Shown here in pieces: positions 29,080 through 39,538 of a stretch of 64,000 nt of DNA. The position numbers and the translations under genes are program-made. The notes under the pieces were generated by a model. That model ran no database searches. It was not told the origin of the DNA and was given only the letters and a program-made list of their open reading frames with translations. Source of the DNA: an uncultured cyanobacterium (GTDB lineage: Bacteria > Cyanobacteriota > Cyanobacteriia > Cyanobacteriales > Cyanobacteriaceae); the NCBI GenBank assembly GCA_963710605.1, contig CAVQBA010000004.1, forward strand, positions 1,152,001-1,216,000, given 5' to 3'. Within the stretch, counting starts at the first letter, position 1; every line of letters begins with the position of its first letter.

Positions 29080-30699
29080 ATGAAAAAGAATTTTTGGCAA
29101 TTAGTTAAAGTAGCTCCAGCATTAGTTGGTGTAAGTATGTTAGCCGTATCTCCAGCACAAGCTGATGATACACAGATTATTAATCAATTAGATAATTACA
29201 GTGCAGAAGGTTTTGTCTCTACACAAGATCAAGTAACTAGCGTATCTCAACTAAGAGACGTTTCTCCTACAGACTGGGCTTACGAAGCATTAAGAAGTTT
29301 GGTAGAGCGTTACGGTTGTATCGTTGGTTATCCCGATCGTACCTTCCGTGGTAACCGTGCCTTAAGTCGTTACGAATTTGCCGCAGGTTTAAACGCTTGT
29401 ATGCAACAAATGGAACGTTTAATCGCAGGTAGCGAATCAGTATTAAGAGAAGACGTTGCTAAATTACAACGTTTGGTTTCAGAATTTGAAGCAGAATTAG
29501 CCGCTTTAGGTGCAAGAGTTGATAACTTAGAAGGTAGAGTTGCTTTCTTAGAAGATCACCAATTCTCTACAACCACCAAATTACAAGGGGAAGTAATTCT
29601 AGCTTTAACTCAAGAATTTTTAAACGACGGTAACCAAGCAGTATTACAAGATCGTGTTCGTTTAGCCTTAAATACTAGTTTCACTGGAAAAGATACTTTA
29701 ATCACCAGATTACAAGCAGGAAACGCTCAAGCTTTTAATCTTGATGATAGAAATTCCGAAACAGGTAGCTCACCTCTAACTACCCTAGCTCAAAACGTCG
29801 ATTTGACCTTCACAGGTGGTAATGATGTCTCGATCGACTGGATTGCTTACTATACTCCTATAAGTATAGGTGAAAATAGCGAAGTTCAAGTCTATCTAGC
29901 TGGTTTTAATGGTATTCATAGTGACTACGCTCCTACATTAAATCCTTACTTTGAAGATTTTGACGGTGGTAACGGTGCGATCAGTACTTTTGCAACAGAA
30001 AGTCCTATTTATCGGATTGGTTTTGGTTCTGGTCTTGGTTTAGGTTACGAGTTTGAATTCCTTGGTGGTAGAACATTTAATGTTAGTGCTGGTTATTTAG
30101 CATCTACAGCCGAAAATCCTAACGACGGTAATGGTTTATTCAATGGTGATTATGCCGCTTTAGGTCAAATTAGTACCGAGATTGTTGACGGTATTTCTTT
30201 AGGTCTTACTTACGTTCACTCTTATAACCAAAATACTCCTATCTTTAGTGGTATTGTTGGTACTGAAGGGGCTAACTTTGGTTTCAATGATGGCAATATA
30301 TTCGATGGTAAAACAAAATCTAACACCTATGGTGCACAAGTTGCCTGGCGTTTAAGTGACAGAATTAGCTTAAGTGGTTTCTTCAGTTATAGTGATATTG
30401 ATTTAATCGGTGAAGGTGACGACGAAGTTTGGAGTTATGGTGGTGGGGTTGCTTTCCCTGACTTTGGGAAAGAAGGTAGCGTACTCGGTATCTTCGGTGG
30501 TGTACAACCTTATAGTGGTAACTTAATTGGAAGTAACCGTAATACTGATTTACCTATTCACGTAGAAGCATTCTACAAATATCAATTAACTGATAATATC
30601 TCTATTACTCCTGGTGTCGTTTGGATTACTTCTCCAGAGCAACGTGATGATACAGAAGATGCTCTTATTGGTACTCTTAGAACAACTTTCACATTCTAA
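29080..30699 (+). CDS. Cyanobacterial outer-membrane porin (SLH + OprB, Som-type)
   Basis: QVTSVSQLRDVSPTDWAYEAL, YPDRTFRG, FSTTTKL, C-terminal RTTFTF. Confidence 0.93.
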   Translation: MKKNFWQLVKVAPALVGVSMLAVSPAQADDTQIINQLDNYSAEGFVSTQDQVTSVSQLRDVSPTDWAYEALRSLVERYGCIVGYPDRTFRGNRALSRYEFAAGLNACMQQMERLIAGSESVLREDVAKLQRLVSEFEAELAALGARVDNLEGRVAFLEDHQFSTTTKLQGEVILALTQEFLNDGNQAVLQDRVRLALNTSFTGKDTLITRLQAGNAQAFNLDDRNSETGSSPLTTLAQNVDLTFTGGNDVSIDWIAYYTPISIGENSEVQVYLAGFNGIHSDYAPTLNPYFEDFDGGNGAISTFATESPIYRIGFGSGLGLGYEFEFLGGRTFNVSAGYLASTAENPNDGNGLFNGDYAALGQISTEIVDGISLGLTYVHSYNQNTPIFSGIVGTEGANFGFNDGNIFDGKTKSNTYGAQVAWRLSDRISLSGFFSYSDIDLIGEGDDEVWSYGGGVAFPDFGKEGSVLGIFGGVQPYSGNLIGSNRNTDLPIHVEAFYKYQLTDNISITPGVVWITSPEQRDDTEDALIGTLRTTFTF

Positions 30700-30771
30700 G
30701 TTAATCTAATTAATATTAGTATTTAGACCGAAATTTGATTAAATAGTTAAGATAATTAATTATTTAATCTT

Positions 30772-30806
30772 AAACCCTTATTTGTTAATTCAAGTAAGGG
30801 TTTTTT
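30772..30806 (+). terminator. Intrinsic terminator after the porin
   Basis: AAACCCTTA...TAAGGGTTT followed by TTT. Confidence 0.7.
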
Positions 30807-30870
30807 GTATTGAGTAATAATGATCAAGTTACCAAGCTAAAATAAAAATTAATACGTACAGATTAGTTAT

Positions 30871-32097
30871 ATGGTTAATACTATTACCCCACAAAATAAT
30901 TATTATATTAATACTCCTCAAATACGAGAATCAATACTCGCATTACAACCACAATTAGTTGAGTGGAGAAGACAACTTCATCAATATCCTGAGTTAGGTT
31001 TTGAAGAAATTTTAACTGCTCAGTTTGTTAACGAAAAATTGACTGATTGGGGTATCACACATCAAACCAATGTCGCCAAAACTGGTATAGTAGCCACGAT
31101 CGATAGTAATCATTCTGGTAAAGTATTAGCTATCCGTGCTGATATAGATGCCTTACCAATCCAAGAAGAAAATGAGGTTTCTTATTGCTCTAAACACGAC
31201 GGCAAAATGCACGCTTGTGGACACGATGGGCATACAGCGATCGCTTTAGGTCTAGCTCATTATTTAGCTCATAACTGTGATAAATGGCAAGGAACGGTAA
31301 AAATCATTTTTCAACCCGCAGAAGAAGGACCAGGTGGTGCTAAACCAATGATTGAAGAAGGGGTGCTATCTAATCCAAACGTTGATGCCATGATCGGTTT
31401 ACATTTATGGAATAACCTTCCTTTGGGTACAATCGGAGTCAGAGAAGGTGCTTTAATGGCGGCTGTTGAATGTTTTAAATGTAATATCTTAGGTAAAGGT
31501 GGGCATGGTGCAATCCCCCAACAAACGATCGATTCTGTGGTGGTAGCTTCACAAATTATCAATGCCCTACAAACTATAGTTGCTCGTAATGTTTCTCCGA
31601 TCGATTCGGCGGTAGTGACAGTAGGTGAATTTCATGCAGGTACAGCTCTCAATGTGATTGCCGATACTGCTAAAATGAGCGGTACGGTACGTTATTTTAA
31701 TCCGCAGTTAGAAGATTTTATCGGTCAAAGAATAGAAGAAATTATTGCAGGAATTTGTCAAGCACACGGGGCAAAATATGAGCTTGATTATTGGCAGTTA
31801 TATCCTCCTGTAATTAATAATTCTCGTATTGCTCAATTAGTTAAATCAGTTGCTTTAGAAGTAGTAGAAACACCGATTGGAGTCGTACCTGAATGTCAAA
31901 CGATGGGAGGAGAAGATATGTCTTTCTTTTTACAAGAAGTGCCTGGTTGTTATTTCTTTTTAGGCTCGGCTAATCCCGATCGAGATTTAAGTTATCCTCA
32001 TCATCATCCTCGCTTTGATTTTGATGAAACAGCTTTGAGTATGGGGGTAGAAATTTTTGCTCGTTGTATAGAAAAGTTTGCTGATTTTAAAGTTTAA
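30871..32097 (+). CDS. M20 family amidohydrolase
   Basis: RRQLHQYPELGFEE, RADIDALP, MHACGHDGH, FQPAEEG, GEDM, HHP.FD. Confidence 0.92.
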   Translation: MVNTITPQNNYYINTPQIRESILALQPQLVEWRRQLHQYPELGFEEILTAQFVNEKLTDWGITHQTNVAKTGIVATIDSNHSGKVLAIRADIDALPIQEENEVSYCSKHDGKMHACGHDGHTAIALGLAHYLAHNCDKWQGTVKIIFQPAEEGPGGAKPMIEEGVLSNPNVDAMIGLHLWNNLPLGTIGVREGALMAAVECFKCNILGKGGHGAIPQQTIDSVVVASQIINALQTIVARNVSPIDSAVVTVGEFHAGTALNVIADTAKMSGTVRYFNPQLEDFIGQRIEEIIAGICQAHGAKYELDYWQLYPPVINNSRIAQLVKSVALEVVETPIGVVPECQTMGGEDMSFFLQEVPGCYFFLGSANPDRDLSYPHHHPRFDFDETALSMGVEIFARCIEKFADFKV

Positions 32098-32185
32098 TTT
32101 TAAATAATTTTTTCTCCTTTATTGGGAGGGGAAATAGAGAGATTAATTCATTTATTAAAAACAAATAATAACTAGTAATTACTTA

Positions 32186-32346
32186 TATAGTCGTTTAAAT
32201 TAAGACTAAGACAGTACTAACAATCATAAAAATGTGAGTATCAACCCCGCCTTGAATTATCATTACAAGGCTAACAGAATCCGTTTAATAAATTAAACTC
32301 GAATTTCAATCTCAAAATTGTCTCATTATTATTTGAAATTACGATA
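32186..32346. mobile_element. MITE/REP-like element (~160 bp), copy 1
   Basis: Imperfect TIRs (tatagtc..aagaca / tgtctc..acgata); core CCCGCCTTG..ACAAGGCTAACAGAATCCGTTTAATAAATTAAACTC shared with 33392-33554. Confidence 0.65.
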
Positions 32347-32379
32347 CAAGTATATAAAAAATATTTAAAATTTATAATT

Positions 32380-32976
32380 ATGAATTGGTTAGCTCATTTA
32401 TATTTATCTAATCCTCAAGTTGAAGATAGACTAGGTAATATTATCGCCGATTTGGTTAAGGGAAAAAATAGACAAACTTTGAATCCTTGTTTTAATCAGG
32501 GTATTAAATGTCATTTAGAAATTGATAATTTCACCGATAATCATCTTATTGTTAAACACAGTAAAAAACTAATTATTTCTCAGCACAGAAGATATTCAGG
32601 TTTATTAGTAGATGTCTTTTACGATTATTTACTCGCTCGAAACTGGAATAATTACTCTGATGTTTCTTTGTCAGAATTTACCACAGAAATTTATCGATCG
32701 TTTCTCGACAATTGGGATAAAATTCCCCCAGAAGTAGCGAATCTGGTTTTCAAAAGAATGATTGATGAAGATTGGCTTAATTCTTATTATCATCTATCGG
32801 GAATAGAAAAGACTTTAACTAGAATTAAAGGAAGATTATCAGCAAAACACCACGATTATTTTGATGTCGGTAAAGCAATTCAACAATTAGAAGATGATTA
32901 TGATGAATTCGATCGAGATTTTAATCTCTTTTTTCCTGAGATAATTGAGTATATAAAACTAAAGCAAATGAAATAA
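32380..32976 (+). CDS. Acyl carrier protein phosphodiesterase family (AcpH/DUF479)
   Basis: MNWLAHLYLS, GNIIADLVKG, H..ID.FTD.H, DVFYD. Confidence 0.85.
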   Translation: MNWLAHLYLSNPQVEDRLGNIIADLVKGKNRQTLNPCFNQGIKCHLEIDNFTDNHLIVKHSKKLIISQHRRYSGLLVDVFYDYLLARNWNNYSDVSLSEFTTEIYRSFLDNWDKIPPEVANLVFKRMIDEDWLNSYYHLSGIEKTLTRIKGRLSAKHHDYFDVGKAIQQLEDDYDEFDRDFNLFFPEIIEYIKLKQMK

Positions 32977-33025
32977 ATATAACGCCTAAGTTTCATAGAT
33001 AAAAAAGTTTTTTTTAATTTAGTAC

Positions 33026-33400
33026 TTATTCTGGCTTGATGAATATTGCTGGGGATGTAAGTCCAATATTTTCTAACAATGAGCCTTGATTTAACAAAGT
33101 ATTTATAGTCCGAATTTCAGCACTTGTTCGTGCTAGAGCAAAAAAATCATCTCCACTATAAGTTTGACTCTTTGATTTTGCTATCTCGAATGCAGTCGAG
33201 AAAAAAGGCTCATCTTTTAATAATTTTTCTTCTGTATCTAATCCTCGGATAAAATAGGTATCGGAAAACTTAACACCAGATGAAAATAGTAATAACCTTC
33301 CAAAAGCAAGTGGAACAAAAGAGACTATTTTTTCAGCAATACTCTCTTTAAATATAAGAATAACTACTTTTATTTGTATTAAGTTAAATCTTGTAGTTGT
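33026..33400 (-). pseudogene. 5'-truncated hypothetical gene (124 open codons, no ATG)
   Basis: Manual translation ...FKESIAEKIVSFVPLAFGRLLL...SAEIRTINTLLNQGSLLENIGLTSPAIFIKPE*; the 5' end runs into the MITE at 33392. Confidence 0.65.
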
Positions 33401-33554
33401 TTAAATGAAGTTTGGGACAATATAAATAATAGTATAAATATTAATCTAAAACCCGCCTTGCAATCAATTGACAAGGCTAACAGAATCCGTTTAATAAATT
33501 AAACTCTATGCTTAAATCCTTAAATTGTCTCATTCCTTATTTTAATTGACTATA
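33392..33554. mobile_element. MITE/REP-like element (~160 bp), copy 2, in direct orientation
   Basis: Same core as 32186-32346; ends in GACTATA. Confidence 0.65.
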
Positions 33555-33631
33555 ATTTAATCAAAATAAAATATAGTTTTTTTAGTTTTATATCTAACTT
33601 CAAATGTTACTTACATACCTACTAGTATAAA

Positions 33632-34093
33632 ATGAATTTTTTATTTTTATCAAAACTTTTACCGCTTTTTCTTTATCCTGTAGGCTTAGTTTTCCTGCTA
33701 TTAATATTGTCTTCTATATTGTGGTGGAAATCTTCTCGTTGGCTTCCTTTTCCGCTTATTTTAGCTTTATTAATCTTATTTGTGGCGGGTAATAGTTGGT
33801 TTAGTAATTGGTTAGTTAAATCTCTGGAATGGCAATATATCACTACTCCTAAACAAATCGATAATGCAGAAGCGATCGTTATTTTAGGTGGTAGCATCAA
33901 ACCAAATATTTATCCCCGATCGATGGTGGAAGTATCAGAACAAGGCGATCGTGTCATCTATGCGGCTAAACTTTATAAAATGAAAAAAGCCCCTCTCATT
34001 ATTCCGAGTGGCGGTAGAATTAGATGGCAGGGCGATACTAATGGGCTTTCGGAAGCGGATGATATGGAAGAATTTGAAATAGGGAATAGGTAA
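33632..34093 (+). pseudogene. YdcF/DUF218 family membrane protein, C-terminally truncated
   Basis: AIVILGG, DRV..AA.LY, SGG, SEADDM, then ends in the heptamer array (EIGNR*); the downstream DUF218 S.NT.EN and VTS..H..R motifs are absent. Confidence 0.75.
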
Positions 34094-34119
34094 TAGGTAA
34101 TAGGTAATAGGTAATAGGG
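34078..34119 (+). repeat. Heptamer array (AATAGGK)x6
   Basis: AATAGGG (AATAGGT)x4 AATAGGG; inverted relative to 34504-34531. Confidence 0.95.
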
Positions 34120-34136
34120 AATCAAAAATAGCTTTT

Positions 34137-34505
34137 TTAAGAGTTAGATTTTAGTTTCTTGATAATTGTAGTTAAAATTTTTATTATTATTACAATTTCT
34201 TCTTTCATCAAGGAAAATTTCTGAGCTGAAACTAATTCAGATATAATCATAATATTTATCCTATATTGAGTTTCTGAAGCCTCTTTAAGAGCAATCGAAT
34301 ATTTGGAAATTAAATCATTTCTTGATTGAGCATATATAGCTTCAGCACAATTAGCACCAATACTCGTACCACTTCTTAAAAACTGCTTTGCTAAAATTTT
34401 TCCAGCATCATCAAAGTTTCTACGGTTTAATTCACTGTAAGCTTTTATTACCCTAACAGCAAAATGTTCAGTTCTAGATTGAATATTAATATTACCATCA
34501 GACAT
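34137..34505 (-). CDS. Four-helix-bundle protein (23S rRNA IVP / Avd-like family)
   Basis: F.VRVI, QFLRSGTSIGANCAEA..AQSRND.ISKYSIALKEASET.Y. Confidence 0.9.
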   Translation of the reverse strand: MSDGNINIQSRTEHFAVRVIKAYSELNRRNFDDAGKILAKQFLRSGTSIGANCAEAIYAQSRNDLISKYSIALKEASETQYRINIMIISELVSAQKFSLMKEEIVIIIKILTTIIKKLKSNS

Positions 34506-34531
34506 TACCTATTACCTATTACCTATTACCT
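34504..34531 (-). repeat. Heptamer array (AGGTAAT)x4 on the minus strand
   Basis: Plus strand (ATTACCT)x4; contains the upstream gene's stop and the AT of the four-helix-bundle ATG. Confidence 0.95.
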
Positions 34532-36130
34532 AATAAAACAACGCCATCTTGCCGATCGATTTCTTGGTATTGTTTTTTTTGTTTCACTTCAGTTATGAGA
34601 GTATTAATTTCATTTAACCATTGTCTTTCTTTACTAAAAACGATCGCATATCGTTCTAACTCCCACAAGTCAGCAATGATATAATCTACCTCTTGAATTG
34701 TTTGCTCGTCATCCTGATATTGAATCAGTGGTAAACGTAAAACCGATCGACGACTGGATAAATGCGGAATAATATTATTAGTCGCACTCACACTCGCAGT
34801 ATCAGGTATTTGGTCAAGTAAATCGTAAATATGTGCCGAATGTTGCCATTGTCGGGGTAAGGAAACATATACCCAAGGTTGAAAAGAATCGGGCATGACG
34901 AAATAGAAAGCACGGCTTAATTCTGTAGTGCTATAAATAAAAGTCATTAATAGAGAAATGGCCAGACAACCCAACCAAAATCGTTGAAATTTGACGGTTA
35001 ACTTTCTTGGTTTAAGCTCATCGACATTTTTAAGGAAATTACGCCAATTTTGACCCCCCCACCATAATATAGCACCATAACACATACCCGGTACTACTGC
35101 CATAGCGTAACGAATGTTTAAAGCTAATACCGATTTACCCTGCCCGATAAACAACTTCAGTAAAGGAAAACCCGCAATTATCCATGAAGTAGGTGACAAT
35201 GCTGGTATAAAAGCAAAAGGAAGCCAATGCCCGATTAAGTAGCCAATAGTTTTATCTAAGGGCGTAAAAATTTCTTTAATTAACAACCAAGGGTTAGTTA
35301 GCATCCCCCACATAATATCTAAAGTTGAGGCTTCTTCTCCTTGTGCGTATTGCCCAAATCTTTCTAACATAAATCGTTTGGAAATATCATCAGAAAATAA
35401 GGGCATGACGAGATTAGTTAAAGCGACTAAATAAAGAAAACTAAAACAACATAAACCAATTCCTAAACGAGGATAACGACGACTTGCCAGTAAATAAAAA
35501 CCGATACCGAATAAGGAGATAGCACTGTCTTCTCTAATATTGAGAATGATAATAGAAAATATACCGAATAACCACCAACATTTTTTTTCTAAAGCTAATA
35601 ATAAGCTAAAGATATAAAGCGGTAGTTGTGACATATCATGGAAGTTACATAAAACTGGCACCTAAAACAGTAATAGCACAATAAAAACTGAGAGTAATCA
35701 TCCCCGCTATTTTACGCTCGACATATTCACGGGCAAGAAAATATAAAACTATTCCTGCTGTAGTGACGATCGTGGTCATGATTACCGTTAAAGTAGTGGC
35801 ATAAGGAAAAAAGTAATAAATCGGCAACCACAATAATAAGGCAGGAGTAAAATGTTGCCCTAAGCGATGATAACTAACATTCGGCACTTCTCCACTATGC
35901 ACTACGTTAGTTGATAATTGGGAAGATAACGAACTTTGAAACCAATTACCTTGTGTATTATTCCAAAAAATCTGGTTAAATATACCTTGGTCGTACGAGC
36001 TAAAAAAACTTAAATGACGGTTTAAACCGAGAAAAAGTACCAAACAAAAAAAGATAAGTGCCAAAACTGAAATAGTACGCCAATCTTCGTCTTTTTGCCA
36101 ATCTTTTATTCTCGATGTAATACTCGTCAT
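34519..36130 (-). pseudogene. DUF2079 family membrane protein (GT-C-like), split by a +1 frameshift
   Basis: SYDQGIFNQIFWN, LGQHFTP, then CNFHD, RED. Removing one T at 35651-35654 joins the two ORFs as GASLCNFHD. Confidence 0.8.
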
Positions 36131-36175
36131 GATTTGATAATTAATAATTATAGTAATATAACAGTAAAATGTCTG

Positions 36176-36204
36176 GTAGGGACGTAGCACTGCTACGTCC
36201 CTAC
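36176..36204. repeat. GTAG-REP palindrome
   Basis: GTAGGGACGTAGCA-C-TGCTACGTCCCTAC, perfect 14-bp arms. Confidence 0.8.
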
Positions 36205-36393
36205 TACACTAAAATGATTAGTTTTTATTTTAAATTATTATATTAATTTTCTTGTACCTACTGTGTTTACTCTGCCGTTAATTAAATAAACAATAAAAAT
36301 CAAACACCACAGACATATTTGGCGACAACATAGCACTCAGACAAAAAAAGAACAAAAACAAACGATCGTTGTCAATTGTCCATTATTAACGTC

Positions 36394-37314
36394 TTATTTG
36401 ATAATTTTTTCTAGGGCTGGTTTTAAATCAGGATAAATATAGTTATAATTCATCATTTCGATCGTTTTTTTCGGTAACACTTTTTGCCCTTCTAAAACAA
36501 CTAAAGCACCTTCTCCTAAGAGTAATTCTAAAGCAAAATCGGGTACGGGCAACCATGAAGGGCGATTCATCACTTCCCCTAGGGTATTACATAATTGATT
36601 CATCGTCACAGGGTTAGGTGCAGTGGCGTTAAATGTACCAGTAACTTGTTGATTTTGTAGGGCTTGAATAATTATATTAACTAAATCTTCTCGATGAATC
36701 CAAGAAAACCATTGTTTTCCTTTTCCAATAGGACCACCTGCAAAAATTTGAAAAGGTGGTATCATTTTAGCTAATGCCCCTCCATCGCCTAAAACGATAC
36801 CGAAACGTAAAATTACTAATCTTGTGCCGTAACTTTCTACTTTGTGGGCTTCACTTTCCCATTTTTGACAGACATCAGCTAAAAAGTCGTTACCTGCTCG
36901 ATCGTCTTCTGTGTAAGTATCGGTTTCGCTTGTACCATAATAACCGATCGCACTCGTATTAACTAAAACCTGCGGTTTATTTGTGGCTTTACTGATGGCA
37001 TCAACTATCATTCTTGTACCTAATTCTCTACTATCGAGTATTTCTTGCTTATAACTTTTACTCCATTTTTCGGCAATAGGTGCACCTGCAAGATTAACTA
37101 CTGCATCGCAACCATCTATTTTGTTTTGCCATTCTCCTGCTTGTTTGGGGGTGTATTCCACAAATTCTAATGCAGATTGGTTTAATTTAGTAAATTTTGT
37201 TTTTGCTTTAGAAATATTACGAGAGAGGATGACAATTTGATTTTGCTCGGTTACTAATTTTTCGACTAATTTAGTGCCGACAAAACCTGTTGCACCTGTA
37301 ATAGCAATTTTCAT
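36394..37314 (-). CDS. TIGR01777 family NAD-dependent epimerase (ThyD-like)
   Basis: TGATGFVG, VNLAG, SAIGYYG, QWFSWIH. Confidence 0.88.
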   Translation of the reverse strand: MKIAITGATGFVGTKLVEKLVTEQNQIVILSRNISKAKTKFTKLNQSALEFVEYTPKQAGEWQNKIDGCDAVVNLAGAPIAEKWSKSYKQEILDSRELGTRMIVDAISKATNKPQVLVNTSAIGYYGTSETDTYTEDDRAGNDFLADVCQKWESEAHKVESYGTRLVILRFGIVLGDGGALAKMIPPFQIFAGGPIGKGKQWFSWIHREDLVNIIIQALQNQQVTGTFNATAPNPVTMNQLCNTLGEVMNRPSWLPVPDFALELLLGEGALVVLEGQKVLPKKTIEMMNYNYIYPDLKPALEKIIK

Positions 37315-37404
37315 AAATTTTTATTTTTTTATTGGTTATTAATTATGACTATTAACCAATATATAGTATTTATCATGTCGATCGAGTACAGATAAAAAAC
37401 TCAA

Positions 37405-37436
37405 GTCCCCCTTTGAAAGAGGGATTTAGGGGGATT
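37405..37436. repeat. REP-like CCCCCTT..GGGATTTAGGGGGAT element
   Basis: gtccccctttgaaagagggatttagggggatt. Confidence 0.6.
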
Positions 37437-37441
37437 TAATT

Positions 37442-38188
37442 CTATTTATGAGCTACTACTTTACTACTATCAAGGGCTTCAACTAAACTACGTACTACAG
37501 CAATCATAGCGATCGGATCGTTTAATTTATTAACGGCTGAACCAACACCAATACCCGAAGCACCTGCGGCGATCGCCATTGGGGCGGTAACATCAGATAA
37601 ACCTGAAGCACACATAACAGGTACTTCAACAGCACGAGAAATTGCGTGAGCGGCGGCTAAGGTAGGGGAAGCTTTCTCGATTAAACCTAAGATACCACTA
37701 CTTTGAGGTTGAGAGCTAGTACCACCTTCAGTTTGTATCATGTCTGCACCTGCTTCTACTAGTTTTTGAGCTAATTCTACTTGCTCGTCAAGAGCTAAAA
37801 TATGAGGTACAGTTACACATAAAGCAACTTCAGGTAACAAAGCACGGGTTTGTTTGGTTAAAGCTAAAACATCTTCGGCACTGAATGTTATACCTTGAGC
37901 ATAAAAACTATCAAAGTTTCCAATTTCAATTAAATCTGCCCCTGCTTCTACTGCCGAGACAAAAAGTTCGGCTTCTACCGCCGAAACACAAATAGGTAAA
38001 TTGATTGATTGACGGATTTCTTTGATTAAATCAACATCGGCGGCTATATCAACAAAGGTAGCACCACCTAACTCGGCGGCTTGACAGACTGCTCTAACAT
38101 TATCACGATCGAAATTATGTAATCCACTAATGATTTTGAGAGCTTTGTTTGTAGCGACGGCTTGAGCTAATTGAGCATTATCGATCAT
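37442..38188 (-). CDS. ycf23: DUF561 / Ycf23 family protein
   Basis: LKIISGLHNFD, GGATFVDIA, EIGNFD, IQTEGG. Confidence 0.82.
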   Translation of the reverse strand: MIDNAQLAQAVATNKALKIISGLHNFDRDNVRAVCQAAELGGATFVDIAADVDLIKEIRQSINLPICVSAVEAELFVSAVEAGADLIEIGNFDSFYAQGITFSAEDVLALTKQTRALLPEVALCVTVPHILALDEQVELAQKLVEAGADMIQTEGGTSSQPQSSGILGLIEKASPTLAAAHAISRAVEVPVMCASGLSDVTAPMAIAAGASGIGVGSAVNKLNDPIAMIAVVRSLVEALDSSKVVAHK

Positions 38189-38287
38189 AATTAAACAAAA
38201 TATGTAACGTTTAGCAAGTGCAATTATATCAAAATATTGAACAGATAGCAGATAACAATAAACAAATAAATAACTATCAACTATATT

Positions 38288-39130
38288 TTATTCTTCGTTT
38301 CTTTTACCTAAGCCAAAAGAGGGTAAATTGATAAATCGACGATGTCCATTGTTTTTATTATTTTTATTCTCGTCTTGATGTTTTGAAGTGGTTTGTTGTT
38401 CATTCTGACTTCTCGTTGCTTCTTTTATTTGCTCTTGGGAATGAGATTGAGCTTTATTTTTAATATTTTTACCGTCTTTTGATTTAGAAGAATTATTCTC
38501 CGTTATTATAATAGAAGAATCATCATCCGAGTCATCATTCCAGTTGTCATCAAGGTTACTTTGATTCGTATTAACGATTTCTTCTGTTTTATTTCCTGAC
38601 CAAGAAATTATTCCTAAACTATCATTAGAATCACGATTATTTGGGGTTGATGTATCTAAGAATTTATCTAAGGCAGTTTTGTATTGTAAGTTATATCTTT
38701 GTTGTCTTTGTAATCTAACCCGTAAATCTTTATTTTCTACTTCTACTTTCTTGAGTTTGTTTTTTTCTTCGTTACAGTCTTCTTGTAGTAAAGAGCATTC
38801 TCTTTCTAGAAGGGCTATTTGCCCTTGTATTTTAGCTAATTCTTGAGTTAGATGACCAATATTTGTTTGTAAATTATCTATTTGTTCGTTTTTTTGTTCG
38901 ATTTGCTCTTGATATTGGCTAATTTGAGATTCTAATTTTGGTTGTTTAGTTCGTTGCTCTTGATTTTGGCTTAGATACAACTTTAATTGCTGTTGTTGCT
39001 CGTTAATTAAGTTTTTTAGCTGAGCTTGTTCTTCTTTTAATTCGTTGTTTTGGTTTCTAATTTTACAAGCGATCGCATACCAATCAACATCAGCGTTCGA
39101 CTTCTTATTGTTGGAGGGAGAGTTGCTCAT
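38288..39130 (-). CDS. Hypothetical coiled-coil protein
   Basis: Q/E/K-rich heptads, LERECSLLQ, RLQRQQRYNLQYK. Confidence 0.7.
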   Translation of the reverse strand: MSNSPSNNKKSNADVDWYAIACKIRNQNNELKEEQAQLKNLINEQQQQLKLYLSQNQEQRTKQPKLESQISQYQEQIEQKNEQIDNLQTNIGHLTQELAKIQGQIALLERECSLLQEDCNEEKNKLKKVEVENKDLRVRLQRQQRYNLQYKTALDKFLDTSTPNNRDSNDSLGIISWSGNKTEEIVNTNQSNLDDNWNDDSDDDSSIIITENNSSKSKDGKNIKNKAQSHSQEQIKEATRSQNEQQTTSKHQDENKNNKNNGHRRFINLPSFGLGKRNEE

Positions 39131-39538
39131 GATCTATACAAATATCTTAATACATTAACATTCAATCAAAACAAAAAATTTTCTTTATTATTTAACTAGC
39201 ATAACAAAAAATCTTCTCGGGTAATCAAAAATTAATGATGAGTTATTTTTGTTAAAAAAGTTTAGAGCAAAAATTTATTTACTAACTAATAAATAAGACC
39301 GTTTTTCTTTTTTAAATGTATCGAGATTAAATTGATAATTAATCGATCGTGTTAAGATATATTAATCTTAAATAATGGTAACTAAATAGACAAAACTTAT
39401 AACTACAAAGGTATTCGCTGTGTTAGAAAAGAGTATTTTGAGCTTAATAAATTTGTTGACGTAGCTAAACAAAACTGCTAGTCTTGTCATACAAGATAGA
39501 TAAATTGATCATATATACATATTCAGGTAATACTAACA

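Noticed and set aside
34137-34505. Diversity-generating retroelement or rRNA intervening sequence
   Set aside because: No reverse transcriptase, TR/VR pair or rRNA sequence in the window; only the Avd/IVP-like protein is present
36131-36190. N-terminal extension of the DUF2079 ORF to 36190
   Set aside because: The GTG start lies inside the REP palindrome; ATG at 36130 is more plausible
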